Of a stretch of 26,530 bases of DNA, positions 1-10,865 are shown one piece after another. The translations under genes and the position numbers were made by a program. The DNA comes from an uncultured Phycisphaerales bacterium. Its GTDB lineage: Bacteria > Planctomycetota > Phycisphaerae > Phycisphaerales > SM1A02. The notes below the pieces were generated by a model. It did not search any database and was not told the DNA's origin. It saw only the letters and a program-made list of their open reading frames with translations. Where the stretch lies: assembly GCA_938084645.1 (NCBI GenBank), contig CALKEP010000061.1, positions 1 to 26,530 of the forward strand, read 5' to 3'. Positions within the stretch are counted from its first letter, which is position 1; each line of letters opens with the position of its first letter.

Positions 1-1
1 C

Positions 2-1600
2 GACAACGCGAACGAACAAGACGACTACGCGAACCAGTGGTACCGCCCGGTGAACCTCCCGATCTTTCCGGAGGAGCCCGGCAATCTGCTTCAGCGACCG
101 AACCGCTGGCAGCCCATCGGATTCGAAGAGTTCATCGATCAATCCGGCAACGTGATCGAAGGCGGCGTGCCGCCGTTCCTCGGTCCCGAGTGGGGCAGTG
201 TCACGCCGTTCAGTCTTCGGCCGGACCAGCGGACCACCAACCAGCGTGACGGACATGACTGGTATCTCTACCTCGATCCGGGTTCGCCGCCGTTGATCGG
301 TACCGACCGGGAGGTGGAGTACCTCGAGGGATTCGAACAGGTTCTCGTCTGGTCCTCCCATCTCGACGCCGAAGATGCCGTGCAGATCGACGCGAGTCCG
401 AACGCGATCGGCAATGCGGACCTTCCCACCGATCCCGCGGACTTCGACGGGTTCTACGATTACTTCGCCGGCGGAGATGCAAGCCAGGGCTACGGTGCGA
501 ATCCGGTGACCGGCGAGCCGTACCCGGTTCAGCTGGTGCCTCGAGGGGACTACACCCGGGTCCTTGCCGAGTTCTGGGCCGACGGTCCGGACTCCGAGAC
601 CCCGCCCGGACACTGGTTCACGATTCTGAACGACGTGATGGATCATCCCGAGTTCGTTCGTCGAATCGGAGGAGCCGGGCCGGTCCTCGGGGAACTCGAG
701 TACGACGTCAAGGCCTACCTCGCCATGGGTGGTTGCATGCATGACGCGGCGATCGCCGCGTGGGGCGTCAAGGGCTGGTACGACTACGTACGACCCGTGT
801 CCGTCGTCCGGTGGATGGCGGAGAACGGTCAACGCACCGATCCGAAGCTGCCCAACTATCACCCGCGAGGACTCCGGCTCATCTCGGGGTTGGTCGAAGT
901 CGTGACCGAGGAGACGATCGCCTCGGGTGAGCGACACGAGCATCTGGCGGGCGTCGGAAATGCGAACGTCGGGAAGATCGCGGCATTCTGCTGGCGAGGG
1001 CCCGAATTCATCAACGATCCGGAGATCGACACCGCCGGCTGCGGATGGACCCTGGCCGAGATGTGGTGGCCGTATCAGCGGCCGACCTTCGTGACGCCGA
1101 ACTTCGCAGGCTACGTGTCCGGTCATTCGACCTTCAGCCGTGCCGCCGCGGAACTCATGACCCGCATGACCGGCAGCGAGTACTTCCCGGGCGGACTTGG
1201 CGAGTATCTGGCTCGCCGTGGCCAGTTCCTCGTCTTCGAGAACGGACCGTCGGTCGATGTCCGACTCCAGTGGGTGAGCTATCGCGATGCCAGCGACCAG
1301 TGCTCGCTCAGTCGGATCTGGGGCGGCATCCATCCGCCCGCCGACGACCTTCCCGGTCGCCTCATGGGGCTCGTGATCGGGCCCCAGGCCTGGGATCGTG
1401 CGGTCGAGCTCTACGAAGGTGGAGCGAGCTGTGCGGAGGACATCAATGGCGACGGGATCGTGAACGCCGCCGACCTGGGGGCGCTCGTCGGGGACTGGGG
1501 CTGTACCGGCCCGGACTGCGTCGCCGACGTCAACCAGGATGGCATCGTGAACTCCGCCGACCTCGGTCTCGTGATCGGAGCCTGGAACCAGGACTGCTGA
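2..1600 (+). CDS. Vanadium-dependent haloperoxidase / PAP2-superfamily protein with C-terminal dockerin-like domain (5' partial)
   Basis: Frame is open from base 2 (DNANEQDDYANQWYRPVNLP...), so the true start lies left of the window. The three PAP2/VHPO active-site motifs are present in order: KGWYDYVRP (K-x6-RP), GYVSGH, SRIWGGIH. C-terminus has two D-x-N-x-D-G-x-V-N-x-A-D-L repeats. Confidence 0.85.
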   Translation, partial: DNANEQDDYANQWYRPVNLPIFPEEPGNLLQRPNRWQPIGFEEFIDQSGNVIEGGVPPFLGPEWGSVTPFSLRPDQRTTNQRDGHDWYLYLDPGSPPLIGTDREVEYLEGFEQVLVWSSHLDAEDAVQIDASPNAIGNADLPTDPADFDGFYDYFAGGDASQGYGANPVTGEPYPVQLVPRGDYTRVLAEFWADGPDSETPPGHWFTILNDVMDHPEFVRRIGGAGPVLGELEYDVKAYLAMGGCMHDAAIAAWGVKGWYDYVRPVSVVRWMAENGQRTDPKLPNYHPRGLRLISGLVEVVTEETIASGERHEHLAGVGNANVGKIAAFCWRGPEFINDPEIDTAGCGWTLAEMWWPYQRPTFVTPNFAGYVSGHSTFSRAAAELMTRMTGSEYFPGGLGEYLARRGQFLVFENGPSVDVRLQWVSYRDASDQCSLSRIWGGIHPPADDLPGRLMGLVIGPQAWDRAVELYEGGASCAEDINGDGIVNAADLGALVGDWGCTGPDCVADVNQDGIVNSADLGLVIGAWNQDC

Positions 1601-1616
1601 TCCGACCGTTCGCCGT

Positions 1617-3899
<2,283 letters not shown>

Positions 3900-3905
3900 T
3901 CATGA

Positions 3906-3914
3906 AGCGTAGCA
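3906..3914 (-). promoter_or_regulatory. Extended -10 element (TGcTACGCT) 6 nt before the S9 peptidase ATG; probable leaderless promoter
   Basis: Minus strand reads TGC-TACGCT-tcatga-ATG with no Shine-Dalgarno. Confidence 0.5.
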
Positions 3915-4005
3915 GTCGCCGCGCCACGGTTTGTCGCCTGAAGAACCGCATTTCGGGGCGGGAATCGGCCTCCCGGAGGCTCAATGTTGGTTTTTCGGAG
4001 GTGAT

Positions 4006-4014
4006 TGGTAGACT
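4006..4014 (+). promoter_or_regulatory. Extended -10 element (TGgTAGACT) for the RRM gene
   Basis: TGnTANNNT about 100 nt upstream of ATG 4113, in a locally AT-richer divergent intergenic region. Confidence 0.45.
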
Positions 4015-4112
4015 GTCGCGAAGGCGGTGGCGGATTGGACGCTGTCGCGCCGACGCGGGTCCGCCCGAAGACCGCGTTGGTTCCTCCACTCGGGTACTCG
4101 GATCGTGTCTCG

Positions 4113-4628
<516 letters not shown>

Positions 4629-4654
4629 CCAGGCGGCTCGCGACTGAAGACTTG

Positions 4655-4697
4655 GAACCGCCCGCATGTCGAACATGCGGGCGGTTCTCTTCTTCCC
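4655..4697 (+). terminator. Probable intrinsic terminator after the RRM gene
   Basis: Perfect 15-bp inverted repeat gaaccgcccgcatgt-cga-acatgcgggcggttc followed by tcttctt. Confidence 0.8.
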
Positions 4698-4755
4698 GGT
4701 CCAGGGTTTTTCGGTCCAGACCGATCTGCGGTCACGAGTCCCGAGGATCTCATCG

Positions 4756-4761
4756 TAGAAT
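4756..4761 (+). promoter_or_regulatory. -10 element TAGAAT 6 nt before ATG 4768; probable leaderless promoter
   Basis: TAGAAT-ccaagg-ATG. Confidence 0.5.
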
Positions 4762-4767
4762 CCAAGG

Positions 4768-5811
4768 ATGCACGACCCACGACTCGATCGCCGTCGTTTT
4801 CTCGCCGCCTCGGCCGCGGTGACCATCGCCCCCTCTCTGGCCGCTGCCGGACGCACGGCCTCCACCGGCCGGATCGATGATCCGGTCATTCTCGGCGAGG
4901 GCCGGAATCGCTGGCGATGCGAGCATGACTGGCTCACGCCCCCGAGCGGGATCAAGTTCGGGGACACGCATGGTCTTGCCCAGGACTCGGCGGGTCGGAT
5001 CTACGTGGCGCACACGGTGGGTGGTGGAAGCGATCGGAAGTCCGGGGTCTGCGTCTACACGCCGAAGGGTGAGTTCATCGGTGACTGGGGTGCGGAGTTC
5101 GCCGGCGGTGCCCACGGCATCGATCTCCGGAAGGAGTCGGATGGCGAGTTCCTGTATCACTGCGATACTCGGCGTCGCGCCGTCGTGAAGACCGGGCTCG
5201 ACGGCAAGGTCGTCTGGACTGCGGGTGGTCCGGTGGAGAGTGATGCATACGACGAGGCGGGGCAGTGGTGCCCGACCAACGTCGCCTTCCTTCCGGACGG
5301 TGATCTGCTCGTCGGTGACGGTTACGGACGATCGTTCATTCATCGGTACTCGGCGGACGGCGAGTGGAAGTCGATCTTCGCCCGCCCCGGCAATGGCAAG
5401 GGAGAGGTCGCCTGCCCGCACGGTCTCTGGGTGGATCCTCGCGGCGATGAGCCGAGGGTGATGGTCGCGGATCGAAGCAACCGTCGATTGCAGGTGTTCG
5501 ACCTTGACGGCAGGTCCGTTGCGCTGCACACCAAGGGGGTCCGACGTCCGTGTGACGTGGACTTCCGCGACGGCATGATGCTGGTCCCCGATCTGGAGAG
5601 CGTGGTGACGCTCTACGATGAGAAGAACGAGCCCATCACCATGCTGGGTGATGGTCACCCCACGAATCTCCGCGGGAAGCCGCGCGCCGATTTCCAGCCG
5701 GGGCGGTTCGTTCATCCCCACGATGCGATCTTCCTGCAGGACGGCTCGATTCTCGTGGCGGAGTGGGTGCCGATCGGCCGAGTCACTCGACTCGTGAAGT
5801 TCGATGGATGA
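4768..5811 (+). CDS. Tat-exported NHL-repeat beta-propeller, PAL (peptidyl-alpha-hydroxyglycine lyase)-like
   Basis: Tat motif DRRRFL plus hydrophobic stretch; blades with AHGIDL, PTNVAF, VGDGYG, PHGLWVD, VADRSNRRLQVF, PHDAIF. Confidence 0.8.
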   Translation: MHDPRLDRRRFLAASAAVTIAPSLAAAGRTASTGRIDDPVILGEGRNRWRCEHDWLTPPSGIKFGDTHGLAQDSAGRIYVAHTVGGGSDRKSGVCVYTPKGEFIGDWGAEFAGGAHGIDLRKESDGEFLYHCDTRRRAVVKTGLDGKVVWTAGGPVESDAYDEAGQWCPTNVAFLPDGDLLVGDGYGRSFIHRYSADGEWKSIFARPGNGKGEVACPHGLWVDPRGDEPRVMVADRSNRRLQVFDLDGRSVALHTKGVRRPCDVDFRDGMMLVPDLESVVTLYDEKNEPITMLGDGHPTNLRGKPRADFQPGRFVHPHDAIFLQDGSILVAEWVPIGRVTRLVKFDG

Positions 5812-6187
5812 AGGCATTGCCGGGCGTCCGCGGGACACGCGGACCGCGTGGATTCTCGTCCTCGTCTCGGCGTGCTTCGAGATGGCCTGGGCCTCGGGGC
5901 TGCCGGCGACGGAGGGATTCACTCGACCGGGCCCGACCACCATCGTGGTGGCTGCCATGGTCGCCTCGTTCATTCCGCTGGCCCGCGCCGTCCGCGTTCT
6001 TCCGATCGGAAGCGCCTATGCGGTGTGGACCGGGCTCGGTGCGACTGGCACCGCGATCATCGGCATGCTCTGGCATGGCGACCTCGTCTCGCCGGGGCGG
6101 ATCCTCGGGATCATGCTGGTCATCCTCGGCGTGATCGGACTCCGATTCGCCGGCGATGAGGCGCCCGTCGGAAAGGCCCATTCATGA
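5804..6187 (+). CDS. SMR (DMT) family transporter subunit, Gdx/YkkC-like
   Basis: Four TM helices; FEMAW (conserved TM1 Glu and Trp); LPIGSAYAVWTGLG; overlaps the NHL stop codon. Confidence 0.88.
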   Translation: MDEGIAGRPRDTRTAWILVLVSACFEMAWASGLPATEGFTRPGPTTIVVAAMVASFIPLARAVRVLPIGSAYAVWTGLGATGTAIIGMLWHGDLVSPGRILGIMLVILGVIGLRFAGDEAPVGKAHS

Positions 6188-6555
6188 GCTGGGTCGTCCT
6201 GTGCGTCGCGGGATGCTTCGAGTGCCTTGGTGCGGTCGCGCTCAAGGCGAGCGACGGCTTTCGTGACCGACGATGGGCCGTGGCCTTCGTGGTCGGAATG
6301 TCCGCGAGCATGTTCCTGTTGTCGATCGCCGCGATCCGCATTCCGATCGGCACCGCCTATGCCGCGTGGACCGGAATCGGCGCCGTGGGAACCGCCTTGT
6401 ACGGGATGGCGCGGCTCGGTGAATCCCGGGCGATACGCCGGATCATCTGCCTGGTCGCGATCGTGGCCGGCGTTCTGATGCTGCGGCTCACGGATCCCGC
6501 GGGCTCCCCGCAGGACTCCGCTCCATCCGCCGACGTGACGCCGGCCGGTCTTTGA
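6184..6555 (+). CDS. SMR (DMT) family transporter subunit, YkkD-like partner
   Basis: AGCFECLG (TM1 Glu, Gly in place of Trp); IPIGTAYAAWTGIG; ATGA overlap with the previous SMR gene. Confidence 0.88.
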   Translation: MSWVVLCVAGCFECLGAVALKASDGFRDRRWAVAFVVGMSASMFLLSIAAIRIPIGTAYAAWTGIGAVGTALYGMARLGESRAIRRIICLVAIVAGVLMLRLTDPAGSPQDSAPSADVTPAGL

Positions 6556-6567
6556 GCCGCGCTGGGT

Positions 6568-7956
6568 TCAGGCGAAGATCGCTTCGTGCACCTTGCCATG
6601 AACGTCGGTCAGTCGGAAGTCGCGGCCGGCGTGATTGAAGGTCAGGCGTTCGTGGTTGAGTCCGATCGCATGAAGCAGGGTGGCGTGCCAGTCATGGGTG
6701 TCCATGACTCCGTCGACCGCTTCACGCCCGATCTCGTCGGTCGAACCGTATTGGAAACCACCCTTCACGCCGCCCCCGGCCATCCACATCGTGAATCCCT
6801 TGGCGTTGTGATCGCGGCCGTCCGCGCCCTGTGCATACGGTGTTCGGCCGAATTCACCACCCCAGACCACCAGTGTCTCGTCGAGCATGTTTCGACGCTT
6901 GAGATCCGCGAGGAGTCCGGCGATCGGTTTGTCGACCGCATTGCATCGTGCGGCCAGGGCGGTCCGCATGTTGCGATGCGTGTCCCAGCCGCCGGCCTGG
7001 ATCTCGATGAATCGAACACCCTCCTCGGCGAACCGCCGGGCGAGCAGGCATTGTCGTCCGAACTCGTCCGTTCCCTCCTCGCCGATGCCGTACATCTCCA
7101 GCGTCCGTCGATCCTCCGCACCGAGGTCGACGACGTCCGGAACCTCGGTCTGCATGCGGAAGGCGAGTTCGTATTGCTTGAGCACCGTCTCCACCGCGGG
7201 ATCGCCCTTTCCGCGTCGGCTTCGGTCGAGTTCGAGGCGACGAAGGAGGGCGAGTTGTTCCTGCTGGACCGCCGAACCGTTGCGTTCGCTCTCCAGATGT
7301 TCGATCGGAGCGTCGGTTCCCCGGCCTCGTCGGTTCGACACTCGGATCGGTGTCCCCTGATACGTCGCAGGCAGGAAGGCGTTCCCGTACTGGTTCGCCG
7401 ACGATCCCGGGTTCACCGTGATGAAGCCGGGGAGATTCTCGTTCTCGGTGCCGAGCCCGTACAGCGACCATGCGCCCATCGACGGGCGCACGAACTGGAA
7501 GGAACCGGTGTGCAGTTGCATCTGGGCCTGCGCGTGGGCGGGAATCCCGGCCTTCATGCCATGGAGCAGGCACAGGTCGTCCGCGTGACGTGCCACGCCG
7601 GGAAAGAGCTCGCTGATCGGAAGCCCGCTTTCGCCATGCCGATCGAACTTCCAGGGGCTGCCGAGCAGTTTCGCGTTGCCTCGATAGGTGTTGCCGTCCC
7701 TCGCCGTCAGGTCCGGCTTGTAGTCGAAGGTGTCGAGGTGCGAGGGGGCGCCCGACATGTAGAGGAAGATGACCCGCTTGGCGCGAGCCGCGTGGTGCGG
7801 ACGCTTCGGCGCGAGCGCGTCATCTCCGGCGATGGCGGCGCCGGCCCGGTTGCCGAGCAGGCCGGAGAACGCGAGCCATCCGAACCCGTAGGCGAGCGAC
7901 TGGAGCGTCTCCCGGCGGGAGGCGAGCGGCGTGATTCGATTGTTGCAGAGATCCAT
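6568..7956 (-). CDS. DUF1501 domain protein (planctomycete, Tat-exported, alkaline-phosphatase/sulfatase-like fold)
   Basis: SRRETL Tat motif; AKRVIFLYMSGAPSHLDTFDYKP, RPSMGAW, GGWDTH, WGGEFGRTP, GRDHN, RDFRLTDVHG. Start set at ATG 7956, which follows AAGGAG. Confidence 0.9.
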   Translation of the reverse strand: MDLCNNRITPLASRRETLQSLAYGFGWLAFSGLLGNRAGAAIAGDDALAPKRPHHAARAKRVIFLYMSGAPSHLDTFDYKPDLTARDGNTYRGNAKLLGSPWKFDRHGESGLPISELFPGVARHADDLCLLHGMKAGIPAHAQAQMQLHTGSFQFVRPSMGAWSLYGLGTENENLPGFITVNPGSSANQYGNAFLPATYQGTPIRVSNRRGRGTDAPIEHLESERNGSAVQQEQLALLRRLELDRSRRGKGDPAVETVLKQYELAFRMQTEVPDVVDLGAEDRRTLEMYGIGEEGTDEFGRQCLLARRFAEEGVRFIEIQAGGWDTHRNMRTALAARCNAVDKPIAGLLADLKRRNMLDETLVVWGGEFGRTPYAQGADGRDHNAKGFTMWMAGGGVKGGFQYGSTDEIGREAVDGVMDTHDWHATLLHAIGLNHERLTFNHAGRDFRLTDVHGKVHEAIFA

Positions 7957-7991
7957 GGAGACTCCTTGCCGGGATCGTCGTTCGAGTGGGA

Positions 7992-10751
7992 TCAATCGAT
8001 GGTGCGGAATTCGGCCGACTGGAAGAGCGTCTGGCACATCGCCGAGTACGCGGCGAGTTCGTCGTCGGTCCGGATCGGTGCCGACTGCCGGCCTCGGTTG
8101 CGGCGAGCTGCGGCGCGACGTTCCGCCGGACTGAACGATGCGGTTCGCTGTCGGTCGTCGTCTTCGCGGGCGTTGCGGTAATCACGGAGGAAATCCCGAC
8201 ACGCGATGTATTCGTTCGAGGTGGGGCTGCGTCCGAAGCAGATCCGGAACGCAAGACCGATCCGATCCGAAGTCCGATCGGCGTCGGTGAGCACGCGGCG
8301 TGCGGTCGCGTCGGCCAGGCGTGTCACCTCTTCGCTGTTCATGAGGAAGAGCGCCTGCGTCGCGACGTTGGTGCGGTCCCGGGTGCCGGTCACGAAGTTC
8401 GGTTCCGGAAAGTCGAAGACCGCGAGTGATTCCGGGAGATGACCGCGGACGACCGGCAGGTACACGCTTCGATGATTCGCGAACGACGTGCCGGTCTGGG
8501 TGATGACGCGATCGAAGATTCGGGCCGCCAGCTGTCCCTCGAGGCCGCCTGCGGCGGATCCATCGGGGACGTCCGACTCGAGGACTCCGCCCGCGGCGAG
8601 CATCGCGTCCCGGATCGCTTCCGCCTCGAGGCGACGCTTCGGCATGCGCCAGAGTGCGATCTCGTCGGGATCCGACTCCGCCTGCGTCCTGCTCCATGCG
8701 GAGGACATGCCGTAGGTTCGGGACAGGACGATCTCCCGGATCATCGCCTTGGTGGACCATTCGAAGTCGACGAGGCGCGTGGCGAGGTGATCGAGAAGCG
8801 GAGCATTCGTGGGCTGTTCGCCGCTCAGGCCGAAGTTGTCCGACGAAGACACCACGCCGCGGCCGACGAGGTGTGACCAGATCCGGTTGGCCCAGACCCG
8901 GCTGGTGAGCGGATTTCGCTCGTCCACGATCCACTCGGCGAGCTGAAGTCGGCCGCTCTCGCTCGAATCGATGGACGGTGTCCAGTCCGACTCGAGGACC
9001 TTGAGGAAGCCCCGCGGGACGGTCGGTCCACGACCATCGAGTTCGCCTCGCTCGAGGAACGGTGCATCGCGGGCTTCGCCCTCGACCACGCCCATGCAGA
9101 CGAAGTTCTCGATGGTGGGACGTCCGGCCTGATCGAATCGGGCGAGCGACGACTCCGTGATCTTCAGTTGTCCTTCGGCGTTCCGGGCCTGCTGAAGCGT
9201 CCGCTGCTGGGCCGGCGTCAACTGATCTCGTGCCGATCGGAGGTTCCTGACGCCGGAGGCCCGGAGTTCGGCGCGAATGGCCTCGGCGGCCTCGAGCTGC
9301 CGTGCGGCGCGATCGCGCGCGGCGGTGATCAACGGTCTGAATCCATTCGGGACGGTGGCCCCATCGGAGAGTGAAGCCCCGGCCGGCAACTCGATCAAGG
9401 GTGAGCCGTGTCGGTTGCCCGGGCCGTCGAAGGTTCCGTAGCGGGTTTGGGTGGATGCGAGGATGCCGGCCATCGCGTAGTAGTCGCGCTGGGGGATCGG
9501 ATCGAACTTGTGGTCGTGGCATCGTGCGCAGGCGACGGTGGTGGCGAGCAGCCCCTGGCTGATCGCGTCGATCTGCTCGTCGATGAGGTCGAGGCGGAAC
9601 TGGGCCTCACCTTGCTGGTTGTGTCCCTTGGTCCCGATCGCGAGATAGCCGGTCGCGATGAGATTCCGCGCGGCTTCGTCCTCGGTCTCGGCATCGAGGA
9701 GATCCCCCGCGAGCTGGCGGGTGACGAATCGGTCGTAGGGCACGTCGTCGTTGAAGGCTTCGATCACCCAGTCGCGGTATCGCCACGCGTGGGGATACGC
9801 GATGTTGTTCTCCTTGCCGCTCGATTCCGCGTACCGGGCGACGTCGAGCCAGTGGCGGCCCCATCGTTCGCCGAACGCCGGTGATGCCAGCAGTCGGTCG
9901 ACCACCCGCTGCCGGGCGAGCGGCGACTGGTCCGCTTCGAAGGCCTCGATCTCCTCGGGCGAGGGTGGCAGTCCGATGAGATCGAAGGTGACCCGACGCA
10001 GCCAGGTGTTCGCGGCCGCGGGTCCGACCGGTTCGATGCCGCGATGATCGAGATCCGCGAGCACGAATCGGTCGAGGTCGGTCAGCGGCCAGTGCGGATC
10101 CGAGACCTCCGGAAGCGGGGGCCGTTCCACCGGTCGATAGGCCCAGTGGTCCCGCCCGGCTTCGATGTCGTCTTCGGTCCAGCGGTGTTCGTTGCCGGGA
10201 TCGACGTCCGCGGCGGCCGGCGAGGGCATCGGTGCGCCACGAAGCACCCACTCCTCGAGCAGGGCGATCTCGTCGTTGGTCAGCCGGCCTCGAGGCGGCA
10301 TCTCCAGTCCCGGATCGTCGTAGCGGACCGCCTGGATCAGGAGACTCGCGTCGGGGTCACCGGGAACGATCGCCGGGCCCGTGTCACCGCCGATGAGAAG
10401 CTGATCATGGGTATCGAGTCGAAGTCCCGCTCGAATCCGACTTCCCTGCTCGCTGTGGCAGTTGAGGCATCGCCCGAGCAGGAGTGGTCGGATCTTCGAT
10501 TCGAAGAAGTCCAGGTCCTTCCGATCGAAGGCCGGCTGCGCCACCATCATGCCCTGCATCGACTCATCTCCGGCCATGGCCGGGGCGTCGTTGGATTGCA
10601 TGGGGACCTGGGCAAGAGCGCCGCCGGCGATCGCGGCGGCGGCGAGCCGGGCGACGTCCGAGAAACGGAATGGTCCGGTGGAATGTCGGTTCGCGGCGAT
10701 CTGCAAGGGTCTGGTGCTCCTCGGGTCCAATGCGCGAAAAACCCCTCTCAT
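7992..10751 (-). CDS. Planctomycete cytochrome c protein: PSCyt1 + DUF1549 (PSCyt2) + DUF1553 (PSD1)
   Basis: FFESKIRPLL..CLNCH; HWAY; LRRVTFDLIGLPP; GERWGRHWLDVARYAES; CARCHDHKFDPI; NPLTSRVWANRIW; RRLEAEAIRDAML; HRSVYLP. Start position uncertain. Confidence 0.92.
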   Translation of the reverse strand: MRGVFRALDPRSTRPLQIAANRHSTGPFRFSDVARLAAAAIAGGALAQVPMQSNDAPAMAGDESMQGMMVAQPAFDRKDLDFFESKIRPLLLGRCLNCHSEQGSRIRAGLRLDTHDQLLIGGDTGPAIVPGDPDASLLIQAVRYDDPGLEMPPRGRLTNDEIALLEEWVLRGAPMPSPAAADVDPGNEHRWTEDDIEAGRDHWAYRPVERPPLPEVSDPHWPLTDLDRFVLADLDHRGIEPVGPAAANTWLRRVTFDLIGLPPSPEEIEAFEADQSPLARQRVVDRLLASPAFGERWGRHWLDVARYAESSGKENNIAYPHAWRYRDWVIEAFNDDVPYDRFVTRQLAGDLLDAETEDEAARNLIATGYLAIGTKGHNQQGEAQFRLDLIDEQIDAISQGLLATTVACARCHDHKFDPIPQRDYYAMAGILASTQTRYGTFDGPGNRHGSPLIELPAGASLSDGATVPNGFRPLITAARDRAARQLEAAEAIRAELRASGVRNLRSARDQLTPAQQRTLQQARNAEGQLKITESSLARFDQAGRPTIENFVCMGVVEGEARDAPFLERGELDGRGPTVPRGFLKVLESDWTPSIDSSESGRLQLAEWIVDERNPLTSRVWANRIWSHLVGRGVVSSSDNFGLSGEQPTNAPLLDHLATRLVDFEWSTKAMIREIVLSRTYGMSSAWSRTQAESDPDEIALWRMPKRRLEAEAIRDAMLAAGGVLESDVPDGSAAGGLEGQLAARIFDRVITQTGTSFANHRSVYLPVVRGHLPESLAVFDFPEPNFVTGTRDRTNVATQALFLMNSEEVTRLADATARRVLTDADRTSDRIGLAFRICFGRSPTSNEYIACRDFLRDYRNAREDDDRQRTASFSPAERRAAARRNRGRQSAPIRTDDELAAYSAMCQTLFQSAEFRTID

Positions 10752-10865
10752 TGCATCGGCGACTCGAATAAGCGGATCCCCTTTTTCGCAGGATCGGCGA
10801 TGCGGCCCGCGCGGGCCGTCACCGACTCGCAGCTCGAACCGAGTGCGGTGGTTCGACGTCTCGGA

